From positions 1 to 42,341 of the forward strand of contig JAYZQJ010000245.1 of assembly GCA_036149055.1 (NCBI GenBank): 42,341 nt of DNA, given 5' to 3'. The notes beneath the pieces were generated by a model. That model was not told where the DNA came from and searched no databases. It saw only the letters and a list, made by a program, of their open reading frames with translations. Position 1 is the first letter of the stretch. Every line of letters begins with the position of its first letter. Source of the DNA: Myxococcota bacterium. Lineage in GTDB: Bacteria; Myxococcota_A; Polyangia; Polyangiales; Sandaracinaceae. Made by a program: the position numbers and the translations under genes. Shown here piece by piece: positions 19,760 to 29,043 of the stretch.

Positions 19760-20923
19760 GTGGACAAGCCTGCGAAGCAGAGTCGTCCGTGCGCGGGAGA
19801 CGTGGGTTCCACGGCTGTCTTCCACCTCTGCGACACTTGCGGCAACCGCGTGCGCGCCGGGGACTTCGAGTTGCACTCACGGAGGTTGCACAGCGGACAA
19901 GCCTCCTTCGACCCGCGAAACTCGAAGCGTTGGTCGGACACGGTCCGACTAGCCAAGCCTTCTCAGCCGAAGAAGACCAAACGAAAGGCGGATCCAACCG
20001 CAAGCCGCGGCCCATCTGCGATGGAGCGCGCTCGAGTAGTAGACGTCGCGACGAGGCCGCCGCCAGATCCGTCGGAAGCCGGAGTGCACGAACCGAACCG
20101 CAGAAGGGAGCCCGACGGGCACGCGCCGACGGCCGAGAGAATGAGCCGCACGACGTGCTCGTGCACGGGGGCGAACGAGAACTGCCCTCGGTGCTTCGGA
20201 CGCGGCTACGTCGACACTGAGCTGTCGCCGAGAGCGAATCGGCTGCCGCAAGCTAGCCCTCTGCTCCCAGTCGACGTTCCCAACCCACCTCGGCCCACGA
20301 AGAGGAAGGAGAAGAATAAGAAGAAGAACCGAGAACCCGTTCGCTCCGCCCGAGGTCGAGCGACGTGTCCACACTGCTCCGCCACGGTGAACCAGAAGAA
20401 CTTGCGCCATCACGTGGCGAAAGTGCACGGCGGCGTTCTGGTGCTCCACGGGCAATGCAGGACGATGCGGGAGTGCCCCGTCTGTCACCTCAAGATTCGG
20501 GCGGATCGCATTAGCACACACCTAGCCCGACATTCGGCAGCAACTAGAGTCGCACTGCCAGCACGAAAGGCGAGCGGCGAGTTGGTCAGCTGCCCTGACT
20601 GCGCTGCCAGCGTGCGAAAGGACCGTCTCGCTAAGCACAGGAAGAAGGTTCACGTCACCACGAGCGGTGCTGCCCGCACCTCCGTCGGCCGCCGACGCAA
20701 GAAGCAGGAACGCAAGGTACGCGGCCAGCGCGGAGAAACGTCCCGTTCCAAGACCGCGAGGCTTCCGGAGCCGGGCCCCGGCAGCGGGACCATCAGATGC
20801 CGGACGTGCCAGACCCTCATGACCGTTCGCGCATATCGGATCCACGACTGCGATGAAGGAGGGGACGCGCTGGACGTTGCGGTGTCCGGGGGCGCATTCG
20901 AGTCGAACCGTCGCCGACACTAG
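19760..20923 (+). CDS. Basic multi-zinc-finger protein (several CxxC-x11-HxxxH/HxxxxH units)
   Basis: CDTC..HSRRLH, CSC..CPRC, CPHC..HVAKVH, CPVC..HLARH, CPDC..HRKKVH, CRTC..HDC; atypical codon usage. Alternative start ATG 20141. Confidence 0.7.
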   Translation: MDKPAKQSRPCAGDVGSTAVFHLCDTCGNRVRAGDFELHSRRLHSGQASFDPRNSKRWSDTVRLAKPSQPKKTKRKADPTASRGPSAMERARVVDVATRPPPDPSEAGVHEPNRRREPDGHAPTAERMSRTTCSCTGANENCPRCFGRGYVDTELSPRANRLPQASPLLPVDVPNPPRPTKRKEKNKKKNREPVRSARGRATCPHCSATVNQKNLRHHVAKVHGGVLVLHGQCRTMRECPVCHLKIRADRISTHLARHSAATRVALPARKASGELVSCPDCAASVRKDRLAKHRKKVHVTTSGAARTSVGRRRKKQERKVRGQRGETSRSKTARLPEPGPGSGTIRCRTCQTLMTVRAYRIHDCDEGGDALDVAVSGGAFESNRRRH

Positions 20924-21301
20924 GCGCCGGCGAGTGGTCCAGCGGACGCCGCCGCCACCCTCGCCAGCCCTCGGATCCGCCCGCGCATCAAGCTGCGCTT
21001 CGCCAGCCGCTGCTCGCCGCAGCAAGGAGGTTCGACTCCCATGGACATGATGGAGGAGCCGCAGCGGATGGCGGCGTTGGCCCACGCTCACGCCCGCACG
21101 ATCAGTGAGCAGCGCGCACGAGTCGGCCACTAATACACCAACGACGAGATCGGGCAGGCCGGGTGACCTGGCGATAAGCCAGGCGCAGTGGTCGGGACCC
21201 ATGCCCCAATGCCAGGGTCGACCACGCCGCCGATCGGCCCTTCCACGGGGCCAGGAGGTTACGCGCGATGTGGGACCTACATCGCCAGCGCTCCTAGGGC
21301 G

Positions 21302-21553
21302 TCACCGAGCGCCGACATGGGCCGCTCGATCGAGTAGCGCGCGAAGCCGGAGGTGTGACTCGAAGTCCGCGCGACGGGTCGCCTCGTCCGGCCAGCCCGG
21401 TCGGCTGGCCTTGGTCGCCTCGTACAACTCGATCGCGATCCGGACCTTTTCGTGGACGGGCATCCGGGCGCGTGGCCCGCGTGCCAGCCGCTCGGGAGCC
21501 CCCCAGTCCCGGGCGGCGTAGGCGCGGAGTTGTTCGGGGTCGATTCGGTCCAT
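21302..21553 (-). CDS. Small helical protein, putative antitoxin-like partner of a lost nucleotidyltransferase
   Basis: MDRIDPEQLRAYAARDW...PGWPDEATRRADFESHLRL; followed by an overlapping 13-codon stub MSALGDALGALAM* starting at 21318. Family link recalled, not searched. Confidence 0.6.
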   Translation of the reverse strand: MDRIDPEQLRAYAARDWGAPERLARGPRARMPVHEKVRIAIELYEATKASRPGWPDEATRRADFESHLRLRALLDRAAHVGAR

Positions 21554-21644
21554 CGAGGAGATCGTAGCAGCCCAAGCCGACATCGGGAGTGCGGCGACGC
21601 GGGCGCGTCGAGAGGGCGGAGTCGAGGGCGGAGTGGAGTGCCGG

Positions 21645-22196
21645 TCAGCGCAAGGGGAGCAGCCGGTACAGCTCGTCGACGAGCGCGCGGCAGGCGTCCG
21701 GGTCCGACCGGTCCTCGCCGCCCCAGCGCCGGCTCCGGACGTAGTAGAGGAGGAAGTGCGCCTCACGCGGTCCGTACAGCCCGTCGCGCGCCGCCTCGAC
21801 CATCGCGCGGAGGACGCGCTCCGTCCCGTGCGCGTGCGAGGCGAGCAGGAGCGCGCTCTCGCCGCCGTAGCCGATGCGCGCGGCGGCCCGGACGAGCGCC
21901 CGGAGGTACACCGCCGGGAACTGACGCCGGTGCTGGAGCACGGCCAGGGCGAACGCGGCGCGCCGCGTCGGCTCCGGGCCGAGCTCGTCGAGCGCGGCGT
22001 TCGTCCACTCGGCCACGGGCCCCCGCGCCGGCAGCGCCGTCGCCGCCCGGCCGAGCAGCTTTCGCAGGTCCGCGTGCAGCCGGTCGAGCTGGGCCGGCGC
22101 GCCTTCGTGCCAGCTCGCGTACACCGCCGCGACGCGCTCGCCGAGGGCGTGGAGCTCCTGCTCGTACGCGAGCCAGGTCTCGAGCGAGGTGGTCAT
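21645..22196 (-). CDS. Hypothetical helical protein
   Basis: 183-aa ORF, host-like codon usage, ATG start. Confidence 0.7.
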   Translation of the reverse strand: MTTSLETWLAYEQELHALGERVAAVYASWHEGAPAQLDRLHADLRKLLGRAATALPARGPVAEWTNAALDELGPEPTRRAAFALAVLQHRRQFPAVYLRALVRAAARIGYGGESALLLASHAHGTERVLRAMVEAARDGLYGPREAHFLLYYVRSRRWGGEDRSDPDACRALVDELYRLLPLR

Positions 22197-22322
22197 GCCC
22201 GCGGCGCAGCCTACCTCACCTCGGGCCGTCGCCGTCGTTTGCTATGATCGCCCGATGATCTCGGACGCCGCGGCGCGGGGGACCGCTGTCTCTCGTTCAC
22301 CTTCGAGCTACGGTGCGGCTCC

Positions 22323-22919
22323 GTGGACGTGATCGCCAGCGCCGGTGACTACGCGATCGAGCGCCGGGCCGAGGGCGGCGTGGACGCGTACGGGCTGCGT
22401 CAGGGCGGCGCCCCGCTCGACTGGCCTGACTTCGCGCGCGGGCTGCGCGAGGAGGCCGAGGTCCGCGCGCTGCTCACGCGGGCGCTCCGCGACGCCCCCG
22501 CGGAGGCGTACTTCTGGGAGTGCTGCCCCTGGCGGGCCGCGGCGCCCGAGCCTCGGCTCGAATTCGTCCTCGTGCCGACCTCGGCGTTCGCCTCTGGCCG
22601 CGCGCGCCCCGACGCCTTCCGCGAGCACTTCGGCCAGGGCGAGGTCGCGCGCTTCGACAGCCTCCGCGGGGACGCGCGCCTCGTCGCGCCCTCCCCCACC
22701 GGCCGCGAGGACGCCGCCCTGCACCTCGCGCGCTTCGTGCGCCAGGCGCCGCCCGAGCGCGTCGACGCGCTGTGGGTCGCGGTCGGCGAAGAGATCGCCG
22801 AGTGGAGGCGCGCGGCGCGGGGCGATCTGTGGCTGAGCACGTCGGGCCTCGGCGTCCCGTGGCTGCACGTCCGTCTCGACTCGAGGCCCAAGTACTACAC
22901 GCACGCCGCCTACCGCTGA
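22323..22919 (+). CDS. Conserved hypothetical protein (DUF6940-like)
   Basis: AYFWE, GDARLVAP and C-terminal WLSTSGLGVPWLHVRLDSRPKYY motifs. Confidence 0.75.
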   Translation: MDVIASAGDYAIERRAEGGVDAYGLRQGGAPLDWPDFARGLREEAEVRALLTRALRDAPAEAYFWECCPWRAAAPEPRLEFVLVPTSAFASGRARPDAFREHFGQGEVARFDSLRGDARLVAPSPTGREDAALHLARFVRQAPPERVDALWVAVGEEIAEWRRAARGDLWLSTSGLGVPWLHVRLDSRPKYYTHAAYR

Positions 22920-22926
22920 CCGCACG

Positions 22927-23661
22927 TCACGGGCGCGGCGGGAACCACCTCGTCATCTGCCAGCGCCCACCGACGCACTGGGTGATGCCCGCGCAGTCCC
23001 GGCACTCCAGCGAGCGGGGCGCGCGGCATCGCATGCGGCGCGCCCGCTCCGTCAGCGGGCAACCGTCGGGCGCGTAGTCCGGCGGGTGCGTCGGCGCCGC
23101 GAGCCAGGCCGGCGGCTCGGGGCGCCGGGCCATCCCGCCCGGGCAGCCCATCGAGGGAACGCGGCACGCCAAGGTGACCCCGCCCTCCTCCTCGTAGGCG
23201 CACTCGAGCGGCGTCCGCTGTAGCACGCAGTCGATGGGGAGCGCGCGCGCCTCGGCGAGGGTCGGCGGGCACTCGGTGACGGGCGTGTAGGCGACGCACA
23301 GCTGCCCCCGCGGGTCGTAGACGCACGCGGGATCCTGGAGCGAGCAGCCATCCTCGCCCGGGGCCGCGGCGCCTGGAACCAGGCGGTCGCACGCGTCGAC
23401 GACCTCACGGCACCCGACGTGGAGCTCCATCACGCACCCCTGCTCCCGGCGGCAGTCGGCCGCGGCGCGGCGGGCGCAAGGGGGCTCTTCGGGCGGCTCC
23501 TCGTCCGGCGGCGGCGGCTCCTCGGGCTCGGGTACGGCGTCGGCGCTCCCGCTCGCCACCGGCCCCGGCGCCACCTCGGCGGGTCGAGCCGAGGTGGACG
23601 AGCACGCCAGGGCGAGCGCGGAGGCGAGGAGGCAGCGAGACACCGTGGTCAGCATGGACAT
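22927..23661 (-). CDS. Cys-rich lipoprotein
   Basis: Lipobox LALAC, Pro/Glu linker, many cysteines. Confidence 0.8.
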   Translation of the reverse strand: MSMLTTVSRCLLASALALACSSTSARPAEVAPGPVASGSADAVPEPEEPPPPDEEPPEEPPCARRAAADCRREQGCVMELHVGCREVVDACDRLVPGAAAPGEDGCSLQDPACVYDPRGQLCVAYTPVTECPPTLAEARALPIDCVLQRTPLECAYEEEGGVTLACRVPSMGCPGGMARRPEPPAWLAAPTHPPDYAPDGCPLTERARRMRCRAPRSLECRDCAGITQCVGGRWQMTRWFPPRP

Positions 23662-23788
23662 CGAGACGATCCAGGTCGGAGGATGTTCTACACGACGCCG
23701 AGCGCCCTCGTGCTCTCGTTCTGCGCGCGGACGACGGCATGGAGGAGCGCTCGTTGACGGCCGGACGGTGAGCGTCCAGGCTCGCCGC

Positions 23789-24619
23789 ATGGAGTCGGGC
23801 GTGGACTGGGGGCTGTACCCGAGCGTGGTTCTGGGCTCGGCCGCGGCGGGGGTGGCGATCCTCTGGCTGGTGGGCGGGTACTACCACCTCCGGTACTACG
23901 TGCTCCGGCGGGGAGAGCCGGAGACGTGGAAGTGCCAACCGAAGCGCTTCCCGAGCGCCAAGATGCAGCGCAAGGCGATGCGCCTCGCGACCGGGAACCT
24001 GGTGCTCGCCGGGCTGGTGAGCGGGCACCTCGTGTTCGCGATCACCCAGGGCCTCCCCACCCCCATCTACTTCGACGTCGAGGACTACGGCTGGCCCTGG
24101 ACGATCGGCGGGACCGTGGTGCTCTTCTTCCTCGTCGACGGCGCCGCCTATTACGTCCACCGGCTCCTGCACCGGCCGGCGCTCTATCGCCGCTTCCACC
24201 ACGTGCACCACAAGTGGGGCGCCCCATCACCGTGGGTGGTGACCGCGGTCCACCCCGCGGAGATGTTGATGCTGCAGGCGGGGACGCTCCTGCCGCTGTT
24301 CGTCATCCCCTTCCACTACGTGTCGGCCATCGCCGTGTTCGTCTACGTGCTGGTCTTCAACATCATCGATCACAGCGGCGTGCGGCTGTCGTCGATCTGG
24401 CCGTGGCAGGCGTCGACCTCCTACCACGACGACCACCACGTCCACTTCCACGTGAACTTCGGCCAGCACCTGATGATCTTCGACCGCCTCCACGGCACCC
24501 TCCGGCGCACCAACCGGCGCTACGGCAAGGGGGTGTTCGGGGGCAAGGGCGCCGAGGTCGAGGGCGCCGAGGTCGACGGCGACGGCCCGGACGACCCCGG
24601 GGACTTCGTCCGCTACTGA
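23789..24619 (+). CDS. Sterol desaturase / fatty acid hydroxylase superfamily protein (ERG3-like)
   Basis: His boxes HRLLH, HHVHH and HDDHH; HPAE, DHSG and NFGQ...FDRLHGT motifs; TM helices. Confidence 0.9.
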   Translation: MESGVDWGLYPSVVLGSAAAGVAILWLVGGYYHLRYYVLRRGEPETWKCQPKRFPSAKMQRKAMRLATGNLVLAGLVSGHLVFAITQGLPTPIYFDVEDYGWPWTIGGTVVLFFLVDGAAYYVHRLLHRPALYRRFHHVHHKWGAPSPWVVTAVHPAEMLMLQAGTLLPLFVIPFHYVSAIAVFVYVLVFNIIDHSGVRLSSIWPWQASTSYHDDHHVHFHVNFGQHLMIFDRLHGTLRRTNRRYGKGVFGGKGAEVEGAEVDGDGPDDPGDFVRY

Positions 24620-24620
24620 C

Positions 24621-25730
24621 ATGCCCTGGACCGCGCTGAGGAGCCCGCTCGAGCAGTGGGCGGTCATGCCATCCTTCCTGCTCGGGGAGCTGCTGTTCAT
24701 CGGGCTCGCGACCGCCGCGCTGGTCCACGCCCTGCGCACCGAGCGCGCCCACCTGCTCGCCTGGTTGGGCGCGCTGGTGGCGGGCACCGCCAACGATCTG
24801 ATCTTCATGGCGCTCCCGCTGGTCGACAACTTCTGGCACGCGCAGGCCACCGTGATGCTGACGCCACGGCTGCCGCTGTACATCCCCTGCCTCTACGTCT
24901 GCTTCCTCTACTACCCGACCGTCGCCGTCCGCCGAGGCGGCGCGCGTGGGCTGGCGGCCGGCGCGCTCACCGGGCTGTGCGCCGCGCTCTTCTACGCCCC
25001 GTTCGACATCGTCGGCGCCAAGCTCCTCTGGTGGACCTGGCACGACACCGACCTCCCGATCGCCGAGCGCATCCTGGGCGCGCCCGCCAGCAGCACGCTC
25101 TGGGTGCTCACCTTCGCCGGCTCGTTCGCCTGGCTGCTCGACCGCGCCCTCGCGCGCGACCCGAAGGTCTCTGCCCGCACCTTCGGCCTCGGCCTGCTGA
25201 TGCTGGCCGGCCTCACCACCGTGGTGATGGTCCTGCAGATCACGCCCCTCCAGCAGCTCGACGGCGGCGCCCCGGGCTACGTCGCGCTGGCCACCGGGAT
25301 CGTCGCCTACGCGGCCCTCGCGTGGCGTGGCCGCGCGCGGCTCTCCATCCCGGAGCCCCGGCCGACCGACCGCGTGGCCTGGATCGCGATCCTCGTCCAC
25401 GCCGCCGTCCTCCTCACGATCGCGCTGAGCTTCGATCCCGCGACCCACCGCTCGACCGGCGTTCATCAGACGGTCGGCGAGTGCTACGTCGAGGCGCAGG
25501 ACGTCACCGGGCTGACGCGGCACCTCTACCTCTGCGCGGACGACTACGACGAGGGCTTCAGCTTCGACTGCGCGGCCACGCCTGTCGACGGCGCGCGCTG
25601 GTACACGGTGTGCGGCCGCCCCCACGACGCGTTCGGGGCCTGGGCGACCGGCGTCGGCGCTCTCACCCTGGCGATCGCGCTCGTCTTCTCCCTCCTCTTC
25701 GGCCGCCTCAGTCCGCCCCGCGCCCGCTGA
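24621..25730 (+). CDS. Polytopic membrane protein co-transcribed with the desaturase
   Basis: Starts 1 nt after the desaturase stop; about 9 hydrophobic segments; motifs DNFWHAQ, RLPLY and PFDIVGAKLLWWTWH. Confidence 0.85.
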   Translation: MPWTALRSPLEQWAVMPSFLLGELLFIGLATAALVHALRTERAHLLAWLGALVAGTANDLIFMALPLVDNFWHAQATVMLTPRLPLYIPCLYVCFLYYPTVAVRRGGARGLAAGALTGLCAALFYAPFDIVGAKLLWWTWHDTDLPIAERILGAPASSTLWVLTFAGSFAWLLDRALARDPKVSARTFGLGLLMLAGLTTVVMVLQITPLQQLDGGAPGYVALATGIVAYAALAWRGRARLSIPEPRPTDRVAWIAILVHAAVLLTIALSFDPATHRSTGVHQTVGECYVEAQDVTGLTRHLYLCADDYDEGFSFDCAATPVDGARWYTVCGRPHDAFGAWATGVGALTLAIALVFSLLFGRLSPPRAR

Positions 25731-25814
25731 GCGAACGAGGAGTCGAGGCGCGGCGTGCGCAGCCCCGACTCGGAGCCCGAGACCCGATCCGCCGCTCGCG
25801 CGTCCCACGCGGCG

Positions 25815-26627
25815 ATGGGACGTCTCTCGCTCACGGCCGCGCTCCTCGCGCTCTGGCTCGCTCCCACATCGACGCGCGCGCAGCCGCCGCCGGGAGCCGG
25901 GGACGCGACGGTGGAGCGCGAGGCCGTGCCCGAAGTCCAGGTCGAGGTCGAAGTCGAGGAGGACGAGCCGTACGACGGGCTCGAGGAGATGCCCGACTCG
26001 CTCGCGCCGCCGGACCCGCCCGCGCTGCTCGTGGCGCTCCCGTCCTGGCGGGAGACGCGGAGCGGGGCGCTGGGGATCGAGCTGGACGCGGGGCTCACCT
26101 CCGGCTCGTTCGTCGAGGGCGGCGGCGCGTGGCTGGGTGCCTCGGCCGCGGTGTCGCTGCACTTCCAGCTGGGCCAGTCCGACGCGGAGAGCCCGTTCGA
26201 CGCGCTCTTCTTCGACGGCGCGGGGCTCGGCGTGCGCGCCCACGTGCTCTCGCGCGTCGACGACGCGGCTCACGACGGCAGCGGCGGGGTCGTCGCGATG
26301 ATCGGCGGCGGGGTCACCCTGACGAACCGGATCGCCGGGACCGCGCTCCGCGTGCCCACCCTGCTCGGCGCGATCCTCCCGGAGACCGGCGCCGTGTTCC
26401 GCAGCGACGGGCCCACGTCGGCCTACTTCGGCTGGGCGCTGCCGCTGTCGCTCCTCGTCGCCGAGCACCTCGCCCTCGACGTGCGGCCGCGCGTGCTGCT
26501 GACGTTCCCGGAGGCCGGCGCGGCCGGGCAGGCGGACGTGTTCGTCGGCGTGTCGGTGGGGCTGGTCGCGGCGCAGCTCGGGGCGGAGCTCCCCCCGCTG
26601 AGGCCGGGGAGCTGGCTCCCCATCTGA
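25815..26627 (+). CDS. Secreted / outer-membrane-like hypothetical protein
   Basis: Signal peptide MGRLSLTAALLALWLAPTSTRA, acidic linker, alternating beta-strand pattern. Confidence 0.75.
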   Translation: MGRLSLTAALLALWLAPTSTRAQPPPGAGDATVEREAVPEVQVEVEVEEDEPYDGLEEMPDSLAPPDPPALLVALPSWRETRSGALGIELDAGLTSGSFVEGGGAWLGASAAVSLHFQLGQSDAESPFDALFFDGAGLGVRAHVLSRVDDAAHDGSGGVVAMIGGGVTLTNRIAGTALRVPTLLGAILPETGAVFRSDGPTSAYFGWALPLSLLVAEHLALDVRPRVLLTFPEAGAAGQADVFVGVSVGLVAAQLGAELPPLRPGSWLPI

Positions 26628-26629
26628 CC

Positions 26630-26760
26630 GAGATGCGCCTTTTTCAGGGCAGGCTTGGGTTCCGCCGGGCCCTCCTTCTAGTGGAGGACGGCTGCTCGGA
26701 GTTCTCGAACATTACCGGACTCACCCAGACGATTCCCGAAGGCGAACATCGCCGCCACAC
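26630..26760 (+). pseudogene. Fragment of a TIR-like nucleotide-binding domain gene (PF10137/Cap12-type)
   Basis: EMRLFQGRLGFRRALLLVEDGCSEFSNITGLTQ then, after a frameshift, RFPKANIAA. Matches the recalled family pattern ExGLFQGRLGFxRAIxLxEEGCEEFSNIxGLxQIRFPKGNI. Confidence 0.75.
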
Positions 26761-26774
26761 GCAGTCGGGGGGGG

Positions 26775-27707
26775 TCAGAACGCGAGAGCCTTACCGCGAA
26801 GCAAGGCCGCGAAGTCGTCCGCCAGCCGGCCGCGGAACGCCACGCCGTCAGGCGTCGAGATGACGGCGTCCATCGTGCAGAGGAGCAGCTCGTCTCGCGC
26901 CTCCAACGAGAGGGCGCGGAGGGCCGGCTTCACGGGCTGCAGCTGACGACCGGCGAGCTTGCTGAGGCCGGAGTCGGCCAAGCTCGCGACCCAGAGCTCT
27001 CCCTGCCAGTGGGCCAGGCCTCCGACTGGCTCCCCGTCGTCGTACACCGCGGTCCAACCGTGAAGGCTGCCCTGATAGAGCGCACCGTCGGGTGACCCCG
27101 CGTAGCTCTCCTCGTCGCTGACGACGTGAACACTGCCCAGGGTGATCTCCTGGGAGACCCCGCCCATCCGCGTCCAGCGGGTTCCGTTCCAGATGGCGAC
27201 GAGCCCCTTCTCGCCGACCGCCAGGATGGCGTCCGCGCGAAGGCCGTGCATCGCGATCACACGCTCCTCCAAGGGCGGAAGCTCGCGCCAGTCTCGACCG
27301 CTCCAGCCGAAGACCGCGGGGCGGGCATCAGGAGCCAGGCCCCAGGCGAAGACGTGCTCGTCCGACAGCCCCCAGACGCCCATGACGGTAGCGTTCACGG
27401 AGTCGGTGACCCAGTTGCCGGCCACCTCCGACGACGCGCCGGGGGGCAGACGATGAACGGCGCCGTTGGCGTCGGAGAGGAACGCCGCGCCCGTCGGAGA
27501 GGTCCACAGTCCGGTGTACCAGCCGCGCTTGAAGAAGACGGTCTCGGTCTGCGCCGCGGTCTGGCGGACCAGCCACGACTCGCCGTCGGGCGGCCGAAAC
27601 CCCCAGGCCTCTCGGAACCGCTGCGCGACCACGAGGCAGTCTTCGCAGCTCGCGCCGCTGGCTCGGCTGAACGTCGCGCCGATGTCGTCTTCGTTCTCGG
27701 GATCCAT
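26775..27707 (-). CDS. Beta-propeller-like accessory protein (VWG/WNG repeats)
   Basis: Repeated GLWTS/GVWGLSDEHVFAWG/AMHGLRADAILAVGEKG/WNGTRW strands; RBS GAGGAG. Confidence 0.75.
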   Translation of the reverse strand: MDPENEDDIGATFSRASGASCEDCLVVAQRFREAWGFRPPDGESWLVRQTAAQTETVFFKRGWYTGLWTSPTGAAFLSDANGAVHRLPPGASSEVAGNWVTDSVNATVMGVWGLSDEHVFAWGLAPDARPAVFGWSGRDWRELPPLEERVIAMHGLRADAILAVGEKGLVAIWNGTRWTRMGGVSQEITLGSVHVVSDEESYAGSPDGALYQGSLHGWTAVYDDGEPVGGLAHWQGELWVASLADSGLSKLAGRQLQPVKPALRALSLEARDELLLCTMDAVISTPDGVAFRGRLADDFAALLRGKALAF

Positions 27708-27757
27708 GGTGCTCCTCGGGAGACGTGAGTCTCGCCCGGCCCCGCTTCGGTGTGGGG

Positions 27758-27857
27758 CACGTTCTCATCTTCGTAGCAGGCCGCGCAGGGCGCGTTGCGC
27801 TCTTCGCCGCCGTCGGTCCGCCGCCCCTGCTCCGGGAGGGAGCTGGCTCCCCATCCG
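27758..27857 (+). repeat. Highly diverged copy of the 3' end of the 25815..26627 gene
   Basis: GGGAGCTGGCTCCCCATC at 27838-27855 is identical to 26607-26624; upstream VLIFVAGRAGRVALF loosely parallels VLLTFPEAGAAGQADVF. Confidence 0.55.
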
Positions 27858-28231
27858 AGAACGGTTTCTGCCGGGGAGCCGGTGGAGGTGAGTCTCGAGC
27901 TCGTCCCGGAGCGGTGGATTTGCGTCGAGCCCAGACCGCACGCTCATGCGCTCGGTGCTCGGCGCCACGCTCTACGTCTCCAAGGCCCTTGAATACGGAG
28001 CGGACTGGTCGAGACGCACGACCTCGCGTCTTTCGAGACCCTCCCGGACATCCATCTCTACGAGGCGCTGGGCGGCAACCCGCCTCTCTGGCGCTGAGCC
28101 CCGCCTGTTCGCTCGCTCGGCCGAGCGCGCCGAGCGCCTCCGACATCCCGCCCCGAGCGAGCTCCTCGACCGCACGCGCGCTCTCCGTACGTCGTGACCG
28201 AGCCGCGAACGGGGCGGGGCGGAACGATGCC

Positions 28232-28266
28232 GGAGATGCCCGACTCGTCCGCGCCGCCGGAGCCCG
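28232..28266 (+). repeat. Short copy of an internal segment (25985-26018) of the 25815..26627 gene
   Basis: GGAGATGCCCGACTCGtcCGCGCCGCCGGA versus GGAGATGCCCGACTCGctCGCGCCGCCGGA. Confidence 0.7.
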
Positions 28267-28271
28267 ACAAT

Positions 28272-28590
28272 CTAGTTGAGGCCCGTATAGGCAGCGAAAC
28301 CGTCCACGAACGTGGCCTGGAACTGCGCGCCGTCCACCGTGTCGACGACCATCTGCGGAGCGGTGATGAGCAGGCGGTCTTCGGTGGTGTCGAGGGTGCG
28401 CGCGAAGACGTTGGGCTTGACCGGGACCAGCTCGTCGCCGTCGAGCGCGTGCAACCCGAAGACGCCAGACGCCACCCAGACGCGGTCGCGAAACCGCCGG
28501 ATGGAATGGACCATGTGGTCGACTTCGGCTCTCAGGCTCCACCCGTAGACCGTGCCCTCGAGGATCTCGCCGCCGAGGCCGCAGGCGCAC
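28272..28590 (-). pseudogene. C-terminal fragment of a paralog of the 26775..27707 protein
   Basis: GEILEGTVYGW...VWVAS..GLHALDGDELVPVKP...DTVDGAQF aligns with GALYQGSLHGW...LWVAS..GLSKLAGRQLQPVKP...STPDGVAF; no N-terminal half. Confidence 0.75.
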
Positions 28591-28792
28591 GATCATCTCG
28601 CCTCTCCCGCCTCGTCGACCGCCGGAACCGGCTCCACACCCCGGTCGCGCGCCAGTTGGTTCGAGGCATCTCCTTCCGCGTGCGTCGGCGTGTGACAGCT
28701 CCAACACCGCGGAACTCGTTTGGGTATCGAAGCCAACCTACTCCGCGCCATCGGCGTCGAGAATCGCGACCGTGGCGCCATCGTCGGGGTCC

Positions 28793-28980
28793 GGGTCGCC
28801 GGCACCGCGCTCCGCGTGCCCACCCTGCTCGGCGCGATCGTCCCGGAGACCGGCGCCGTCCGGAGGCCGGCGCGGCCGGGCAGGCGGACGTGTTCGTCGG
28901 CGTGTCGGTGGGGCTGGTCGCGGCGTAGCTCGGGGCGGAGCTCCCCCCCGCTGAGGCCGGGGAGCTGGCTCCCCCTCTGA
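28793..28980 (+). repeat. Degenerate direct copy of the 3' end of the 25815..26627 gene
   Basis: Matches about 26329-26396 joined to 26508-26627, with a ~110-bp deletion, a CAG>TAG change and a 1-nt insertion. Confidence 0.92.
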
Positions 28981-29043
28981 GGCGCGGAGGGCGCGCTGCG
29001 TCCTTACTTCACTCCCCCCTGCGCAGTTCGCTATCGTTCCCGC

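Noticed and set aside
27860..28230. Possible gene fragment (MRSVLGATLYVSKALEYG...)
   Set aside because: No recognisable motif or consistent codon bias; cannot be supported without a search.
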